DNA of 63,961 bases, filler included, from Reclinomonas americana ATCC 50394 (taxonomy: Eukaryota): assembly GCA_048213135.1 (NCBI GenBank). It is 11 parts of 9 records of this genome, joined end to end, with 100 filler letters (N's around TTAATTAATTAA, not from the genome) between each part and the next. Parts side by side here need not be neighbours in the genome. Positions count along the whole stretch, not along the records: positions 62,787 to 63,961 come from AFZH01016559.1; 10 more parts are not named here. One strand, given 5' to 3'. Numbering within the stretch: the stretch's first letter is position 1; the number at the start of each line of letters is the position of its first letter. Shown here one piece after another: positions 62,871 to 63,961 of this stretch. A program made the position numbers and the translations under genes. Below the pieces are notes generated by a model that worked only from the letters and a program-made list of their open reading frames with translations, did not search any database and was not told the DNA's origin.

Positions 62871-63014
62871 CCTCCCTCCCTCCCTCCTCTCTCTCTCTCT
62901 CACGGCATTCCAGCCTGTCATCATGTCGCACATTTTGCGTCCGCATGTCTCTTCTTCGTTCCCTCTCTCTCCCTCCCTCCCTTCCCCCTTCCCCCCTTCT
63001 CCCCCTTCACTCAC

Positions 63015-63614
63015 CACATCACAATGCGCCAACCCCACTCCCCTCGCCTCCACCGCCTCGCGCGTCTCCTCGTCACCCCACAACCGCTCCAGCACCTCCC
63101 GATCCTCGCCGCTCACCCCACCATACTCGACCGCCATCTCCACGTCCCGCCGCCACTGCTCCTCAAACCACTCACTCCACCCTTTGCTGCTCTCCTCCAC
63201 CCCCACCGCCTCGTCGCCATCCACCCCGCCAAGGTAGCCGGCTCCGCGGCCACGAATCGCATGAAAGAAGTGCAGCTGACGGCCCACCTGTCGCCACGCA
63301 TCGCCAGCAGACAAGACCAGATCCGACACGCCCACCAGAGTCTCCAGCACGAACTCCGTGTCGTGGGCATCACTGCAACGCGGAGAGAAGAGTGAGCACG
63401 TGGAGATTGCACTGTTATCCTCTCGTCACTCGTACCTCACAGCAAGTGTGCGCGGCCCCGAGCCTCCCGCCCTCCACAGCTGCTCATTAATCCACGCCTG
63501 TGAGACGGCATCGTGACCGGCGTGTGGTCGCAGCTCGCGTGCCTTGCGTGGCATGCGCAGGATGCAGCGTTGGTGCCGGTGATGGACGACCTCGAATACC
63601 CAGTTGTCGACGCC
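63015..63614 (-). CDS. Aminoglycoside phosphotransferase/choline-kinase-like protein (partial)
   Basis: GVDNWVFEV..CILRMPR, VLETLVG, VGRQLHFFHAI..GAG, GLAHCD (start of the Brenner HxD motif) followed by an intron. Confidence 0.65.
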
Positions 63615-63828
63615 CTGCAAAAGCAATGAAGAGTTGGTGAACGAAGAGCGTGCATGTGCAAGCAGTAGCGATCAACAGAGGGATCAACGAAAGAAGCAGC
63701 TTGCTTTCTCCACAAGGAGAGTCCCATATCGTTGCCTATGATCAGTAAATTGCAAGCCTCGCACAGTGCACAGTGCTCTGTGACACAAAGCGACAGGAGA
63801 GCCCTTGTGCATGCACAACTCGGTATTC

Positions 63829-63870
<42 letters not shown>

Positions 63871-63961
63871 CTCTACTACTACTACTACTACTACGTACTA
63901 CTACTACTACGTACTACGTACGTACGTACGTACCGTAACCGTACCGTACCCTAACCGTACC

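Noticed and set aside
63870..63961. Telomere-like CCCTAA and TACG repeats at the window end
   Set aside because: Only one CCCTAA within (TACG)n/(CTA)n noise typical of pyrosequencing read ends after a microsatellite.
1..63961. Alternative genetic code or non-GT-AG intron system
   Set aside because: Conserved genes reconstruct with the standard code, all three stops are used, and boundaries are GT(GC)-AG; shifting the GTT donors to TT breaks conserved residues such as the PACRG Ile.
1..63961. tRNA, rRNA or intact transposase genes
   Set aside because: None recognisable by eye; a covariance-model search would be needed to exclude small ncRNAs.

Overview
Eukaryotic, gene-dense, intron-rich DNA from an apparently flagellated protist (PACRG present). 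It comes from a draft assembly with N gaps, artificial TTAATTAATTAA spacers and pyrosequencing-like noise. The six-frame ORF track is misleading because genes are split by many short (about 60-100 nt) spliceosomal introns, so I spliced them by hand. About 25 genes are supported: a BEACH/neurobeachin-like protein, PNKP, PACRG, an LCLAT/AGPAT acyltransferase, a Mei2-like RRM protein, HVA22/YOP1, an LRR protein, a DEK1-like multi-transmembrane calpain, RPL35A, an LCM-family methyltransferase, a selenocysteine-lyase/NifS-SelD fusion, GnT-I, SatP/GPR1, a CHX/KHA1 antiporter plus the start of a second copy, a phosducin-like protein, an MFS transporter and an APH-like kinase. The main highlights are four. 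(1) A frequent second class of 5' splice site, GTTGCGT/GTTTCGT, equal to the local GTGCGT consensus shifted by one base and used mostly when the exon does not end in G. (2) A single-nucleotide exon needed to build the calpain catalytic motif, plus other microexons at catalytic motifs. (3) A SCL/NifS-SelD fusion whose upstream methyltransferase ends in one in-frame TGA with no other stop before the fusion. (4) A non-plant DEK1-type calpain. All family assignments come from recognising motifs by eye; no searches were run.
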